A stretch of 38,068 nucleotides of DNA from a virus (lineage: Duplodnaviria; Heunggongvirae; Uroviricota; Caudoviricetes). The notes beneath the pieces are model-generated. The model was not told the origin of the DNA, did not search any database, and was given only the letters and a program-made list of their open reading frames with translations. A program made the position numbers and the translations under genes. Positions 1 to 9,926 of the stretch are shown here, in pieces. The first letter of the stretch is position 1. Every line of letters begins with the position of its first letter. Location: the IMG/VR virus record IMGVR_UViG_2534682157_000015; one strand, given 5' to 3'.

Positions 1-1053
1 TTACGGGGTAATGCCAACCGCTGCCGCCACTTTGTCGCCACTTGGCAGCGTTGCCAGAGGATTGAAACGGAGCGCCGTTTCCAGATGATCCGGTGCCAGA
101 TGTGCGTAACGCATAGTCATTTTTATATCGTGGTGTCCGAGAATTTTTTGTAAGGCCAGAATGTTTCCACCCGACATCATGAAGTGCGCCGCAAACGTAT
201 GGCGCAGAACGTGTGTGAGTTGACCGCGAGGGAGCACGATAGACGTTTTTTCCATCACGGATAAAAATTGAAAATAGCAGTCTGTGAAGAAATTGAACCC
301 ATCAAGCGCCATGATCTCTTCGTAAAGCTCTTTACTGATAGGGATGCTTCTGTTTTTCTTCCCCTTCGTTCTGACAAAGGTAATTCGGTATTTGGTCACC
401 TGTGAGCGGGTAAGATTTACGGCTTCACGCCAGCGTGCGCCTGTGCTTAAGCATATCTTAACTACCAGTGCCAGAATTGGGTCCTGACGTTTGCAATCAG
501 CCAGCAATTCAACAATCTGCTCATGGGTAAGCCATGCTATCTCTTTTTCTGCGATGGTGAATTTTCGCATGTTCTCCAGTGGGTTCGGATACGACCATTC
601 GCCCAGACGGGATAGTTCGCTAAAAACACTACTTAGATAGCTTTGCTCCAGGTTAATGGTGACCGGGCTTGCTCCTTTCTTCCATTTCTCGCTGAAGTAG
701 ATCTCGCCTGTCAGGCGTTTATCTCGATAGTGGGCAAACATTTTAGAGGTGAGATCGGTTGCAAGAGGATTGCCTAGGGCGTCAACCATCAGCAGCAATT
801 TGTCATAGACATGCTGTCCAGCAGTCAGAGATTTACCATGTAGTTTGAACCATAGCTCAACCACGTCTTTCAGGGTTCGACGATCCACTGATTCGCCCAG
901 CCAGGGCTTTGATTCGGTTTCTTCCATCGTGTGACGCTCAAAAGCCAGAGCTTCGCCTTTGGTGGCGAATTGTTTACGCACACGACGCCCACTTCGTCCG
1001 GCGGGGTAACATTCGCAAAGCCATTTCCCTGTGGTGAGTTTTCGTACTGCCAT
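1..1053 (-). CDS. int: Tyrosine integrase (P2 Int-like), 350 aa
   Basis: Translation starts MAVRKL (P2 Int-like N-terminus) with GGAGG-like SD upstream; catalytic-box-like segments LSTGARWREA, HVLRHTFAAH, MRYAHLAP; ORF-track start at 1209 is likely an upstream over-extension. Confidence 0.9.
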   Translation of the reverse strand: MAVRKLTTGKWLCECYPAGRSGRRVRKQFATKGEALAFERHTMEETESKPWLGESVDRRTLKDVVELWFKLHGKSLTAGQHVYDKLLLMVDALGNPLATDLTSKMFAHYRDKRLTGEIYFSEKWKKGASPVTINLEQSYLSSVFSELSRLGEWSYPNPLENMRKFTIAEKEIAWLTHEQIVELLADCKRQDPILALVVKICLSTGARWREAVNLTRSQVTKYRITFVRTKGKKNRSIPISKELYEEIMALDGFNFFTDCYFQFLSVMEKTSIVLPRGQLTHVLRHTFAAHFMMSGGNILALQKILGHHDIKMTMRYAHLAPDHLETALRFNPLATLPSGDKVAAAVGITP

Positions 1054-1241
1054 AAAAAATGCCCTCCAGTAGAGAGCATTTTTACTGTATGTATAACCAG
1101 TATCAATGTATGAAATCCTACGACCATACATCTCACTGAAGCCATAATGAAGTTGGCTATTCTTTTTGCTATGTGAGCATGTAACTTTTGCGGTTAACCT
1201 GCGGCTCATTTTTATTTTAGACGCAGATATAAAAGCAAAAG

Positions 1242-1433
1242 TTATCGTGAGTTTTTAGTACAGATTTTTTTGGATTTACTAATAGTTCCATCATTGCAAA
1301 CGAATTTGCCATCTGAGGTACAGTGAGAAACACCTCCCTTTTTCCCTGAGCAGGGATAATTTCTAGCATAGGTAGTTAGTGGGTTTAATAACAAAGAACA
1401 TGACAAAACCACAAAAAATACCTTACCAAGCAT
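1242..1433 (-). CDS. Small cysteine-rich hypothetical protein with predicted N-terminal signal peptide (63 aa)
   Basis: Hydrophobic N-terminus [16 protein letters not shown] followed by 5 Cys in 45 residues; AT-rich spacer between int and repressor. Confidence 0.4.
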   Translation of the reverse strand: MLGKVFFVVLSCSLLLNPLTTYARNYPCSGKKGGVSHCTSDGKFVCNDGTISKSKKICTKNSR

Positions 1434-1448
1434 AGTTTCCTCCCGGTA

Positions 1449-2018
1449 CTATTTAACATACTTGACTGTTAAACTTATAATTCTACCAATTATTTCAATG
1501 TCTTCTATCTTGCATTCGAAGGCCCTGTTTCCACCCTCGACGAAGATTCTTCCACCGGGTAAACGAGTAATGTCACGGATCGTTATTTCGCCATCAATAC
1601 TTATTACCCATTTACCATCACGTATATCATCAAATTCTTTATCACAAATAAATTCAGAATTGTTATCTGTGATGACAAAAGGTTTTTTAAACGTAGAGGG
1701 TAGAAATCCCTTATCAAAAATATAAAAACCGTCTTTCTGCAATGCTCCATCAGACAATAAATATTTTTCTACTTCTATAGTATTTGTATTTGCTGATGCT
1801 TGCTTTGAACCATGCCCTGTTGTTAGCCAATTAAGCGAGGTGCCCGTTTCAAGGGCGCACTGGATTACCCAATCTGCTGGAAAAATATCACGCATATAGC
1901 GCGTTGCCATGGTGCTCTTAGAAACACCTAAATGATCACAGAGAGCCTGACGAGTACCGAACCCATATGCTTCAACTAAACGTTCTATGGCTTTCTTACC
2001 GCCGCTATTGAAATCCAC
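1449..2018 (-). CDS. cI: CI-type immunity repressor (phage 186 CI-like), about 189 aa
   Basis: Motifs VEAYGF, CALETG...NWLTTG and C-terminal ITRLPGG...FECKIEDIEIIGRI resemble 186 CI as recalled; GTG start at 2018 preceded by GGAGG (track ORF extends to 2105). Confidence 0.75.
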   Translation of the reverse strand: MDFNSGGKKAIERLVEAYGFGTRQALCDHLGVSKSTMATRYMRDIFPADWVIQCALETGTSLNWLTTGHGSKQASANTNTIEVEKYLLSDGALQKDGFYIFDKGFLPSTFKKPFVITDNNSEFICDKEFDDIRDGKWVISIDGEITIRDITRLPGGRIFVEGGNRAFECKIEDIEIIGRIISLTVKYVK

Positions 2019-2163
2019 AAGTCCTCCAAAGAAATCCAAAATTCGTTGACAGATTCCAAAAGCGATCTTAAAGTTGAACCAGAAGTGTTCTTTTGGAGCC
2101 TTCACTACTAATCACGACAAACAACGGCTCGCCACAAGCCATATCTAGAAGGAATGTTGCCTT
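2019..2163. promoter_or_regulatory. Lysis-lysogeny switch region between divergent repressor and apl/cox-like gene (promoters/operators not resolved)
   Basis: Intergenic position between divergently transcribed cI and first early gene, as in 186/P2. Confidence 0.4.
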
Positions 2164-2367
2164 ATGACACCTAACATTTCAATTACTCTGAATACACCAC
2201 ATGTCACAATCGAACGTTATAGCGAACTGACTGGCCTTTCTATTGATACGATTAACGACATGTTGGCTGATGGCCGACTACCTCGTCATCGTCTTCGTAA
2301 AGACAAAAAACGTGAAAAGGTAATGATTAACCTGGCTGCTCTGACTGTTGATGCTTTGTCTGCTTAA
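2164..2367 (+). CDS. apl: Apl/Cox-like small DNA-binding protein (excisionase / switch repressor), 67 aa
   Basis: First gene of the early rightward operon, small basic protein, position equivalent to 186 apl / P2 cox. Confidence 0.5.
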   Translation: MTPNISITLNTPHVTIERYSELTGLSIDTINDMLADGRLPRHRLRKDKKREKVMINLAALTVDALSA

Positions 2368-2431
2368 TAGACGTCTATTTTCGCAATAAGACGCTGAGTT
2401 CGATTTTGCGATAAGTTCGGAGTTGAAAACC

Positions 2432-2941
2432 ATGTTTGATTACCAAGTTTCCAAACATCCACATTTTGATGAAGCCTGTCGTGCATTCGCACTGCGCCAC
2501 AATCTGGTGCAACTGGCAGAACGTGCGGGCATGAATGTGCAGATTCTGCGGAACAAGCTGAACCCAGCTCAACCTCATTTATTAACCGCACCAGAAATCT
2601 GGCTGCTTACCGATCTGACTGAAGATTCAACGTTGGTAGATGGTTTTCTGGCACAGATTCATTGTCTGCCATGTGTACCGATTAATGAGGTAGCAAAAGA
2701 GAAACTGCCACATTACGTCATGAGTGCAACCGCAGAGATCGGGCGTGTTGCTGCAGGTGCGGTATCTGGCGATGTAAAAACCAGTGCAGGTCGTCGTGAT
2801 GCTATCAGCAGCATTAACTCTGTAACACGACTGATGGCGCTGGCGGCTGTTTCATTGCAGGCCCGTTTACAGGCTAATCCTGCGATGGCGAGTGCAGTTG
2901 ATACCGTGACTGGCCTCGGTGCTTCCTTCGGTTTGCTGTGA
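2432..2941 (+). CDS. cII: CII-like lysogeny-establishment activator, 169 aa
   Basis: ATG at 2432 (track ORF starts at upstream TTG 2423); length and N-terminus [19 protein letters not shown] resemble 186 CII as recalled. Confidence 0.65.
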   Translation: MFDYQVSKHPHFDEACRAFALRHNLVQLAERAGMNVQILRNKLNPAQPHLLTAPEIWLLTDLTEDSTLVDGFLAQIHCLPCVPINEVAKEKLPHYVMSATAEIGRVAAGAVSGDVKTSAGRRDAISSINSVTRLMALAAVSLQARLQANPAMASAVDTVTGLGASFGLL

Positions 2942-2948
2942 GGTGCTT

Positions 2949-3245
2949 ATGCTGACGAAAGAACCATCATTTGCATCGCTGCTGGTAAAACAAAGCCCGG
3001 CAATGCACTACGGTCACGGCTGGATCATGGGTGAGGATGGTAAACGCTGGCATCCGTGCCGTTCACAAGATGAATTGCTGTCTGAATTGACCACGGGGAA
3101 ACGGAGAAAGTCAAAATGTATGCAGCGGAAAGTGAAGTGGTTTATCAGTTTCGTTACAGAGGGGAGAGTTATTCAGTACCTGAAGATGATTTGCTCTGTT
3201 GTTATCCGTCGTTGTCGGGCGATGGCAGTTACTTTTTCACGCTAA
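2949..3245 (+). CDS. Hypothetical early protein (overlaps next ORF; 3' part may be out-of-frame read-through)
   Basis: ATG with GAGGTG SD; C-terminal third has atypical W/C-rich composition. Confidence 0.3.
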   Translation: MLTKEPSFASLLVKQSPAMHYGHGWIMGEDGKRWHPCRSQDELLSELTTGKRRKSKCMQRKVKWFISFVTEGRVIQYLKMICSVVIRRCRAMAVTFSR

Positions 3246-3340
3246 AGGATGGGACGTTTTTACGGGGAGAGCAGGTTAAAGAGATGATACGAAAAAATAT
3301 ATCTCCTCTTGAGCGTTACCGTAAGAACAAAGAGCGATAG
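3116..3340 (+). CDS. Hypothetical early protein, 74 aa
   Basis: ORF with normal amino-acid composition in the early operon; overlaps previous ORF. Confidence 0.4.
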   Translation: MYAAESEVVYQFRYRGESYSVPEDDLLCCYPSLSGDGSYFFTLKDGTFLRGEQVKEMIRKNISPLERYRKNKER

Positions 3341-3362
3341 TTGCGTTTTGGGGATATGAATT

Positions 3363-3704
3363 ATGGCAATTAATGGCGCTGCGGCGACTGTTCCATTAAG
3401 CCCAGGTGAACGCCTGAATGGACTTAATCATATTGCGGAATTAAGGGCGAAAGTATTTGGCCTGAATATTGAGTCAGAGCTTGAGCGGTTTATTAAAGAT
3501 ATGCGTGATCCACGGGATATCAATAATGAACAAAATAAACGGGCACTGGCTGCCATATTCTTTATGGCAAAAATTCCAGCTGAACGTCATAGCATCAGCA
3601 TTAATGAGCTGACCACTGACGAAAAGCGGGAGCTGATTAAAGCAATGAATCATTTTCGTGCAGTGGTGAGCTTATTTCCCAGACGGCTAACCATGCCGAA
3701 TTAA
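3363..3704 (+). CDS. Hypothetical early protein, 113 aa
   Basis: ORF in early operon, ATG start. Confidence 0.5.
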   Translation: MAINGAAATVPLSPGERLNGLNHIAELRAKVFGLNIESELERFIKDMRDPRDINNEQNKRALAAIFFMAKIPAERHSISINELTTDEKRELIKAMNHFRAVVSLFPRRLTMPN

Positions 3705-3771
3705 CCAACTAATGAAATTAATGGCGTAAACCCGCCGGGCATCCCTTTATCTAAATTCAGGAGAATTGATT

Positions 3772-4005
3772 ATGCGTAATATTGAAACCCTCACGACTAA
3801 AACCGGACCGGATGACGCAGGGCTTAATATTTTACTGACAGAGGCTCGTCTGGAAGAACGCCGGGCAAGGGCTGAAGCAATGGCTGCCCGCCTTGATAGT
3901 CTTGCGTGTCATATCACATCCCGCCAGCTAAACCACGTCGAAGCGGCAGAACTGCTGCGTGTGACCGCTGAAGCAATCCAGAACGAAGCGCAGGAGATCC
4001 ACTAA
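3772..4005 (+). CDS. Hypothetical early protein, 77 aa
   Basis: ATG at 3772 with AGGAG SD; stop overlaps next start (TAATG). Confidence 0.5.
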   Translation: MRNIETLTTKTGPDDAGLNILLTEARLEERRARAEAMAARLDSLACHITSRQLNHVEAAELLRVTAEAIQNEAQEIH

Positions 4006-4232
4006 TGGCTGATGCAATGGATCTCGTACAGCAGCGCGTTGAAGAAGAACGCCAGCGCCATATCCGTGCTGCCCGTGCCAAAACACCGGGCGTGTCTCGC
4101 GTGCTTTGCATTGAATGTGAAGCGCCAATTCCGCCAGCACGACGCCGCGCCATTCCGGGAGTGCAGTTTTGCATTACCTGTCAGGAAATCGCAGAACTGA
4201 AAGGCAAACATTACAACGGAGGTGCTGTATGA
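4005..4232 (+). CDS. TraR/DksA-family C4 zinc-finger protein, 75 aa
   Basis: CxxC-17-CxxC arrangement (CIECEAP ... CITCQEI) typical of phage TraR/DksA-like proteins. Confidence 0.7.
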   Translation: MADAMDLVQQRVEEERQRHIRAARAKTPGVSRVLCIECEAPIPPARRRAIPGVQFCITCQEIAELKGKHYNGGAV

Positions 4233-5086
4233 GCACCATCCTGAAATGGGCGGGAAATAAAACGGCCATTATGGCAGAACTGAAAAAATACCTTCCTGCT
4301 GGCCCGCGACTGGTTGAACCTTTCGCGGGTTCCTGTGCAGTGATGATGGAGACGGATTACCCCAGCTATCTGGTTGCGGATATTAATCCTGATTTAATCA
4401 ACCTCTATAAAAAGGTTGCCGCTGATTGTGAATCGTTTATATCTCGCGCCAGAGTTTTATTTGAGATCGCAAACAGGGAGGTGGCTTATTACAACATAAG
4501 GCAGGAGTTTAATTACTCAACTGAAATTACTGATTTCATGAAAGCGGTATATTTCCTGTATCTCAATCGTCACGGTTACCGTGGTTTATGTCGCTATAAC
4601 AAGAGCGGGCATTTCAACATTCCCTACGGTAATTATAAAAATCCGTATTTCCCTGAAAAAGAAATTCGCGCATTTGCAGAAAAGGCCCAGCGAGCAACGT
4701 TTATCTGCGCCAGCTTTGATGAAACGCTGGCGATGTTGAAGGCGGGGGATGTGGTGTATTGCGATCCGCCGTATGACGGTACGTTTTCCGGCTATCACAC
4801 TGACGGCTTCACTGAAGATGACCAGTATCACCTGGCATCTGTTCTTGAACATCGGTCATCAGAAGGACATCCGGTCATTGTTTCTAACAGTGACACATCC
4901 CTGATCCGTTCGCTGTATCGCAATTTTACTCACCACTACATCAAGGCAAAACGCAGCATCGGTGTGGCAGCTGGCGAGGGTAAATCAGCAACAGAAATCA
5001 TTGCTGTTTCCGGGCCGCGCTGCTGGGTGGGATTTGATTATTCGCGTGGCGTGGATAGTTCTGCCGTGTACGGAGTACGTGCATGA
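4229..5086 (+). CDS. dam: DNA adenine methyltransferase (Dam family), 285 aa
   Basis: N-terminal [11 protein letters not shown]-binding motif and DPPY catalytic motif; start overlaps previous stop (ATGA). Confidence 0.9.
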   Translation: MSTILKWAGNKTAIMAELKKYLPAGPRLVEPFAGSCAVMMETDYPSYLVADINPDLINLYKKVAADCESFISRARVLFEIANREVAYYNIRQEFNYSTEITDFMKAVYFLYLNRHGYRGLCRYNKSGHFNIPYGNYKNPYFPEKEIRAFAEKAQRATFICASFDETLAMLKAGDVVYCDPPYDGTFSGYHTDGFTEDDQYHLASVLEHRSSEGHPVIVSNSDTSLIRSLYRNFTHHYIKAKRSIGVAAGEGKSATEIIAVSGPRCWVGFDYSRGVDSSAVYGVRA

Positions 5087-7497
5087 GTCATGCCGATATG
5101 AACAACTGCTGCGGCTTTAACGAAGCTGCCGCATCGTTCTCATGGAACAGCCCGAAAAAGGCCATTAACCCTTATCTGGACCCGGCGGAAGTTGCGCCGG
5201 TTTCTGCGCTTTCAAACCTGATCACTCTGTACGCTACCGATAACGAGCAGGAACAACTGCGCCGCGAGGCACTGAGTGATCAGGTCTGGGAGCGTTATTT
5301 CTTTAATGAATCCCGTGATCCTGTCCAACGCGAAATGGAGCAGGATAAGCTCATTAGCCGGGCAAAGATGGCGCATGAGCAGCAGCGTTTTAATCCAGAC
5401 ATGGTCATTCTGGCGGACGTCAACGCCCAGCCTTCCCATATCAGCAAGCCGCTGATGCAACGTATTGAATATTTCAGCAGCCTGGGCAGGCCAAAGGCTT
5501 ATTCCCGCTATTTGCGTGAGACGATTAAGCCATGTCTGGAACGACTGGAGCATGTACGCGACAGCCAGCTATCTGCATCTTTTCGTTTTATGGCAAGCCA
5601 TGAAGGGCTGGACGGCCTGCTGATCCTGCCTGAAATGAGTCAGGATCAGGTGAAACGCCTGTCTACTCTTGTCGCTGCGCATATGAGTATGTGTCTTGAT
5701 GCCGCTTGTGGTGATTTGTACGCCTCCGATGATGTTAAGCCAGAAGAAATCCGCAAGACATGGGAAAAGGTGGCAGCAGAAACCCTGCGACTGGATGTCA
5801 TACCGCCTGCGTTTGAGCAACTCCGCCGGAAAAGAAACCGCCGCAAACCTGTGCCTTATGAACTCATTCCGGGTTCGCTGGCGCGTATGCTGTGCGCCGA
5901 CTGGTGGTATCGGAAATTATGGAAGATGCGTTGCGAATGGCGGGAAGAGCAGTTGCGTGCTGTCTGCCTGGTCAGCAAAAAAGCATCTCCCTATGTCAGC
6001 TATGAAGCCGTGATGCATAAACGTGAGCAGCGCCGTAAGTCGCTGGAGTTTTTCCGTTCTCATGAACTGGTGAACGAAGACGGCGACACGCTGAACATGG
6101 AGGATGTGGTAAACGCCAGCAGCAGCAACCCGGCGCATCGCCGCAACGAGATGATGGCCTGTGTTAAAGGCCTGGAGCTTATCGCGGAAATGCGTGGTGA
6201 CTGCGCCGTTTTCTACACCATCACCTGTCCGTCACGTTTCCATTCCACGCTAAATAACGGCAGGCCAAACCCGACCTGGACCAACGCGACAGTAAGACAA
6301 AGCAGCGATTATCTGGTCGGCATGTTTGCTGCATTTCGTAAGGCTATGCACAAAGCCGGGTTGCGCTGGTATGGCGTGCGGGTGGCTGAGCCGCATCATG
6401 ACGGCACAGTTCACTGGCACCTGTTGTGTTTCATGCGCAAAAAAGACCGCCGTGCCATCACTGCATTACTGCGTAAGTTTGCCATCCGTGAAGACCGCGA
6501 GGAGCTGGGCAATAACACTGGGCCGCGCTTTAAGTCTGAGTTGATTAACCCGCGCAAAGGAACGCCGACAAGCTACATCGCGAAATATATCAGTAAGAAC
6601 ATTGACGGTCGTGGTCTGGCTGGCGAGATCAGCAAGGAAACGGGTAAATCTCTGCGTGATAACGCTGAATACGTGAATGCGTGGGCGTCTCTGCATCGTG
6701 TTCAGCAATTCCGCTTCTTTGGTATTCCGGGGCGTCAGGCTTACCGTGAACTTCGCTTGCTGGCTGGTCAGGCGGCAAGGCAACAGGGTGACAAAAAAGC
6801 AGGTGCGCCGGTACTGGATAACCCGCGTCTTGATGCCATTCTGGCTGCTGCTGATGCTGGTTGTTTTGCCACCTACATCATGAAGCAGGGCGGCGTACTG
6901 GTTCCCCGTAAATATCACCTCATCAGAACCGCTTATGAAATCAACAAAGAGCCGACCGCCTATGGCGATCACGGCATTCGTATTTATGGCATCTGGTCAC
7001 CCATTGCAGAGGGCAAGATCTGCACTCATGCAGTGAAGTGGAAAATGGTTCGTAAAGCCGTTGACGTTCAGGAGGCGGCAGCCGACCAGGGCGCTTGCGC
7101 CCCTTGGACTCGTGGCAATAACTGTCCCCTTGCTGAAAATTTGAACCAACAGGAGAAAGATAAATCAGCAGATGGGGACCCCAGAACGGACATTACCAGC
7201 ATGGATGACAAGGAGTTGCACGATTTCCTGCACAGTATGAGCAAAAAAGAGCGCCGAGAACTGGCAGCAAGGTTACGCCTGGTTAAACCGATACGGCGTA
7301 AAGACTACCAACAGCGAATTACAGACCATCAGCGACTGCAGCTCGTCTATGAGCTGAAGTCCAGAGGATTTGATGGTAGCGAGAAAGAGGTCGATTTACT
7401 CCTTCGCGGCGGCAGTATTCCGTCAGGAGCAGGCCTGCGTATCTTCTATCGGAACCAGCGTTTGCGGGAAGATGATAAGTGGCGGAACCTGTATTAA
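5083..7497 (+). CDS. A: Replication initiation endonuclease A (rolling-circle HUH Rep, P2 gpA-like), 804 aa
   Basis: HUH-like HWHLL motif and paired tyrosines YIAKYISK; size and position as P2/186 A. Confidence 0.9.
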   Translation: MSHADMNNCCGFNEAAASFSWNSPKKAINPYLDPAEVAPVSALSNLITLYATDNEQEQLRREALSDQVWERYFFNESRDPVQREMEQDKLISRAKMAHEQQRFNPDMVILADVNAQPSHISKPLMQRIEYFSSLGRPKAYSRYLRETIKPCLERLEHVRDSQLSASFRFMASHEGLDGLLILPEMSQDQVKRLSTLVAAHMSMCLDAACGDLYASDDVKPEEIRKTWEKVAAETLRLDVIPPAFEQLRRKRNRRKPVPYELIPGSLARMLCADWWYRKLWKMRCEWREEQLRAVCLVSKKASPYVSYEAVMHKREQRRKSLEFFRSHELVNEDGDTLNMEDVVNASSSNPAHRRNEMMACVKGLELIAEMRGDCAVFYTITCPSRFHSTLNNGRPNPTWTNATVRQSSDYLVGMFAAFRKAMHKAGLRWYGVRVAEPHHDGTVHWHLLCFMRKKDRRAITALLRKFAIREDREELGNNTGPRFKSELINPRKGTPTSYIAKYISKNIDGRGLAGEISKETGKSLRDNAEYVNAWASLHRVQQFRFFGIPGRQAYRELRLLAGQAARQQGDKKAGAPVLDNPRLDAILAAADAGCFATYIMKQGGVLVPRKYHLIRTAYEINKEPTAYGDHGIRIYGIWSPIAEGKICTHAVKWKMVRKAVDVQEAAADQGACAPWTRGNNCPLAENLNQQEKDKSADGDPRTDITSMDDKELHDFLHSMSKKERRELAARLRLVKPIRRKDYQQRITDHQRLQLVYELKSRGFDGSEKEVDLLLRGGSIPSGAGLRIFYRNQRLREDDKWRNLY

Positions 7498-7590
7498 TTA
7501 CGCGGGTTAACAATTCGTGCTCTTAATAATACCCGGCATATCAGGCTGATGAACGTAAAAAACGTTTTACATCAGTAAGATTATTATATA

Positions 7591-7606
7591 CTGTAAATAT
7601 AAACAG
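7591..7606. promoter_or_regulatory. LexA box (SOS operator) CTGTAAATATAAACAG
   Basis: Perfect CTGT-N8-ACAG with AT-rich spacer, 44 nt upstream of the ATG at 7650. Confidence 0.7.
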
Positions 7607-7649
7607 TGGATATGTATACAGTATTGCTTGTGGTGTCATAGGAGGAAAA

Positions 7650-7838
7650 ATGCAGGACTATTTTTTGGAGTCTTTGAAGCTCCAGCGCATTGATTTTTTT
7701 CTTAAGCTTGTAGCGGCTAGTGAGTGTAGTGATGAAGAGAAGGGGCTGGCTCTGCAGTGGGTTTCTGAATTGACTGATGAACTCATGGCAAAAATCAGAA
7801 CTCACGAATACAACCGCTCAATGGATGTCATCAGTTGA
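7650..7838 (+). CDS. Small protein downstream of LexA box; possible N-terminal part of a Tum-like antirepressor, 62 aa
   Basis: GGAGG SD; position matches the SOS-controlled tum locus of 186; continues into the DinI-like frame if an A5 run (7790-7794) is read as A4. Confidence 0.4.
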   Translation: MQDYFLESLKLQRIDFFLKLVAASECSDEEKGLALQWVSELTDELMAKIRTHEYNRSMDVIS

Positions 7839-7848
7839 GGTGACTTTT

Positions 7849-8082
7849 ATGCGCATTGAAATAATGATCGATAAAGAGCAGAAGATTAGCCAGTCTACCC
7901 TGGACGCCCTTGAATCCGAGCTTTACCGCAATCTGCGCCCCCTGTATCCCAAAACGGTAATTCGTATCCGTAAAGGTAGCTCTAACGGTGTGGAACTGAC
8001 CGGACTGCAACTGGACGAAGAAAGAAAACAAGTGATGAAAATTATGCAGAAGGTGTGGGAAGACAACAGCTGGCTGCATTAA
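7849..8082 (+). CDS. DinI-family protein, 77 aa
   Basis: MRIEIMIDKEQ ... C-terminal WEDNSW resembles DinI (MRIEV... WE...W) as recalled; GAGGTG SD. Confidence 0.7.
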   Translation: MRIEIMIDKEQKISQSTLDALESELYRNLRPLYPKTVIRIRKGSSNGVELTGLQLDEERKQVMKIMQKVWEDNSWLH

Positions 8083-8090
8083 GAAACGTT

Positions 8091-8121
8091 GCTGGCGTCA
8101 GTAATTAATTCTGACGCCAGC
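8091..8121. terminator. GC-rich perfect palindrome between convergent operons (possible bidirectional terminator)
   Basis: GCTGGCGTCAG-9nt-CTGACGCCAGC, 11-bp stem; no clean U-tract. Confidence 0.35.
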
Positions 8122-8176
8122 ACGTTGAACAGCAAGTAAGTCAAGGTGTTAGTTAAAAAAACACCTTATAAGCCAT

Positions 8177-8860
8177 CTATGATTGAAGAGCAATCTTTCT
8201 CAACGTATCAAATACAATTTTTGTAAAATTATTTTCATTTTTAACGTCAATGTAAGCAAGAGCGTTATTAGTAATTTTAAGTTTACCAGAATACTCTAAT
8301 GAATTAACGGAGCAAACAAGTTTGTCAATTCTTATTTTCTTCCCCTCTAATTCTTCTTTATAATATTTTCTAAGGTCACTGCTGCCAATTATTTGCATTT
8401 TAGCTGTAGCGTAATCAGCGACTCTAACTCTAGAAATATCCAGCTGTGTTAGATTTATATTCACATTTGAAGATATTTCGTTGAGCCAGTCCATCGGATT
8501 TATATCAATCTCTTCTAGGCTAACGCCTAAGCCAAGATTTCTGACTAAGGCCTGTGAAAACGGTTTTAAAGTTCGCGGAGGGTTAGTAAGTTGCATTATA
8601 GGAAGAGTATCTAAAGATACACTGAAATTAGTAGTGCGGTATTCGACTCTTTCTACGATAGTTTCGCTTCCGTCAAAATTAGAAACTTGATCGTGATAAA
8701 TAATACGCTCAACAAAGCGTCCATGTGCAGAATCATGACGTATTTTATCAAAAATAAACCCTTTCCCCTTATCCTCGGTAAAAGAATCAAGAGAAAGACG
8801 TTTAACAGCTTTTTCAAATTCAAGCCGTATGTTTAATTTGAGCCACTTAACCTTCTTCAT
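8177..8860 (-). CDS. Hypothetical protein, third gene of accessory operon (227 aa)
   Basis: Start lies 14 nt inside the 3' end of the previous gene; no family recognised. Confidence 0.6.
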   Translation of the reverse strand: MKKVKWLKLNIRLEFEKAVKRLSLDSFTEDKGKGFIFDKIRHDSAHGRFVERIIYHDQVSNFDGSETIVERVEYRTTNFSVSLDTLPIMQLTNPPRTLKPFSQALVRNLGLGVSLEEIDINPMDWLNEISSNVNINLTQLDISRVRVADYATAKMQIIGSSDLRKYYKEELEGKKIRIDKLVCSVNSLEYSGKLKITNNALAYIDVKNENNFTKIVFDTLRKIALQS

Positions 8861-9926
8861 GTTCGTTTACCTCTGGTCCTATTATTATATTATAGGCATT
8901 TTCAGCGGCTGACTCAATTAATTCACTAATATGTCTTTTCTCTTGTGCCGTTGCCGCACGAATTGTCACATTGAATCCGTCTTCTTTTTGATTATTTATC
9001 CCTTTAATTTGATAGGCAAAGTCACAGCAATTTTCAGAGTCTTTGAAAAATGCTTCAACGTTAATTCTGTCACCAACTCCACTTGTCGGTTTTGAAGACC
9101 ATGCGATACGGCCTATATAATAACCTTTCTCGTGTAGTTGAGAAAATATAGGCGAACTATTAACACCTTCACCATTCAAAACAGCTTTCTTGACGAATCC
9201 GGTATCGATTGTTTCTTCTTTGTCTTCATCTTCACTTGCGTCAATATTGCGATTTAATTCTACTTTCGTTACATCATCAGTCTCATAACCATGTAGTCCA
9301 TTCATTAACTCTTGAAAGAACTGGCTTCGCAATGTAGGGTCAGTGATTGCCATTAAAGAAATTTCAAAACGTTCAATAGGCTCAGATTTGATTTTAGACA
9401 GCTCGTTTTGCAGACCCTCAATAACTTTTTTTGCCTCAGGATTCTGTGGCATACGTACTTCAACCTTGTCAACACCAGGGCGAAGTTCTATTATGACATT
9501 CCGTTTATCTATTTGACGCAGAGCGGTTTTAGATAAGTCTATTTCTTCATAGTTATATTCTACTGTCAGAGAACCATCTTTTTTCGCTACGATATTCAAG
9601 CTTTGCCCTTTACTGGGTGAACATGTTTTTTTCAATGCTTCAGCTGCGCTCTTTAATTCGGCCTGATTTGTTGTGGTCTGAAAACTCACACTGGTAATGC
9701 TTTCTCTTGGATCATATGTTTTGACCATCTTTTTTATATGCTCTAATTCATTAAAACCATGGGGGAGTTTTGATATTTCCTCGATAAGTATTTCCTTGTC
9801 GAGTTCTGGTGATAAAAAAACACCTCTATTTAGCAATAATTCATGTAATTTTGCAGGGGTTATTCTTTTATGATGCAAAGCATCATAAATATTCTTGTCA
9901 GTCGCAAAGTATAATTTTTTAGCCAT
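8847..9926 (-). CDS. Hypothetical protein, second gene of accessory operon (359 aa)
   Basis: Start overlaps upstream stop; acidic patch SEDEDKEETID; no family recognised. Confidence 0.6.
   Translation of the reverse strand: MAKKLYFATDKNIYDALHHKRITPAKLHELLLNRGVFLSPELDKEILIEEISKLPHGFNELEHIKKMVKTYDPRESITSVSFQTTTNQAELKSAAEALKKTCSPSKGQSLNIVAKKDGSLTVEYNYEEIDLSKTALRQIDKRNVIIELRPGVDKVEVRMPQNPEAKKVIEGLQNELSKIKSEPIERFEISLMAITDPTLRSQFFQELMNGLHGYETDDVTKVELNRNIDASEDEDKEETIDTGFVKKAVLNGEGVNSSPIFSQLHEKGYYIGRIAWSSKPTSGVGDRINVEAFFKDSENCCDFAYQIKGINNQKEDGFNVTIRAATAQEKRHISELIESAAENAYNIIIGPEVNEHEEG

Noticed and set aside
7611-7621. Second LexA half-site (ATGTATACAG) next to the main LexA box
   Set aside because: Left half is not CTGT at the correct spacing; only the 7591-7606 box is convincing.
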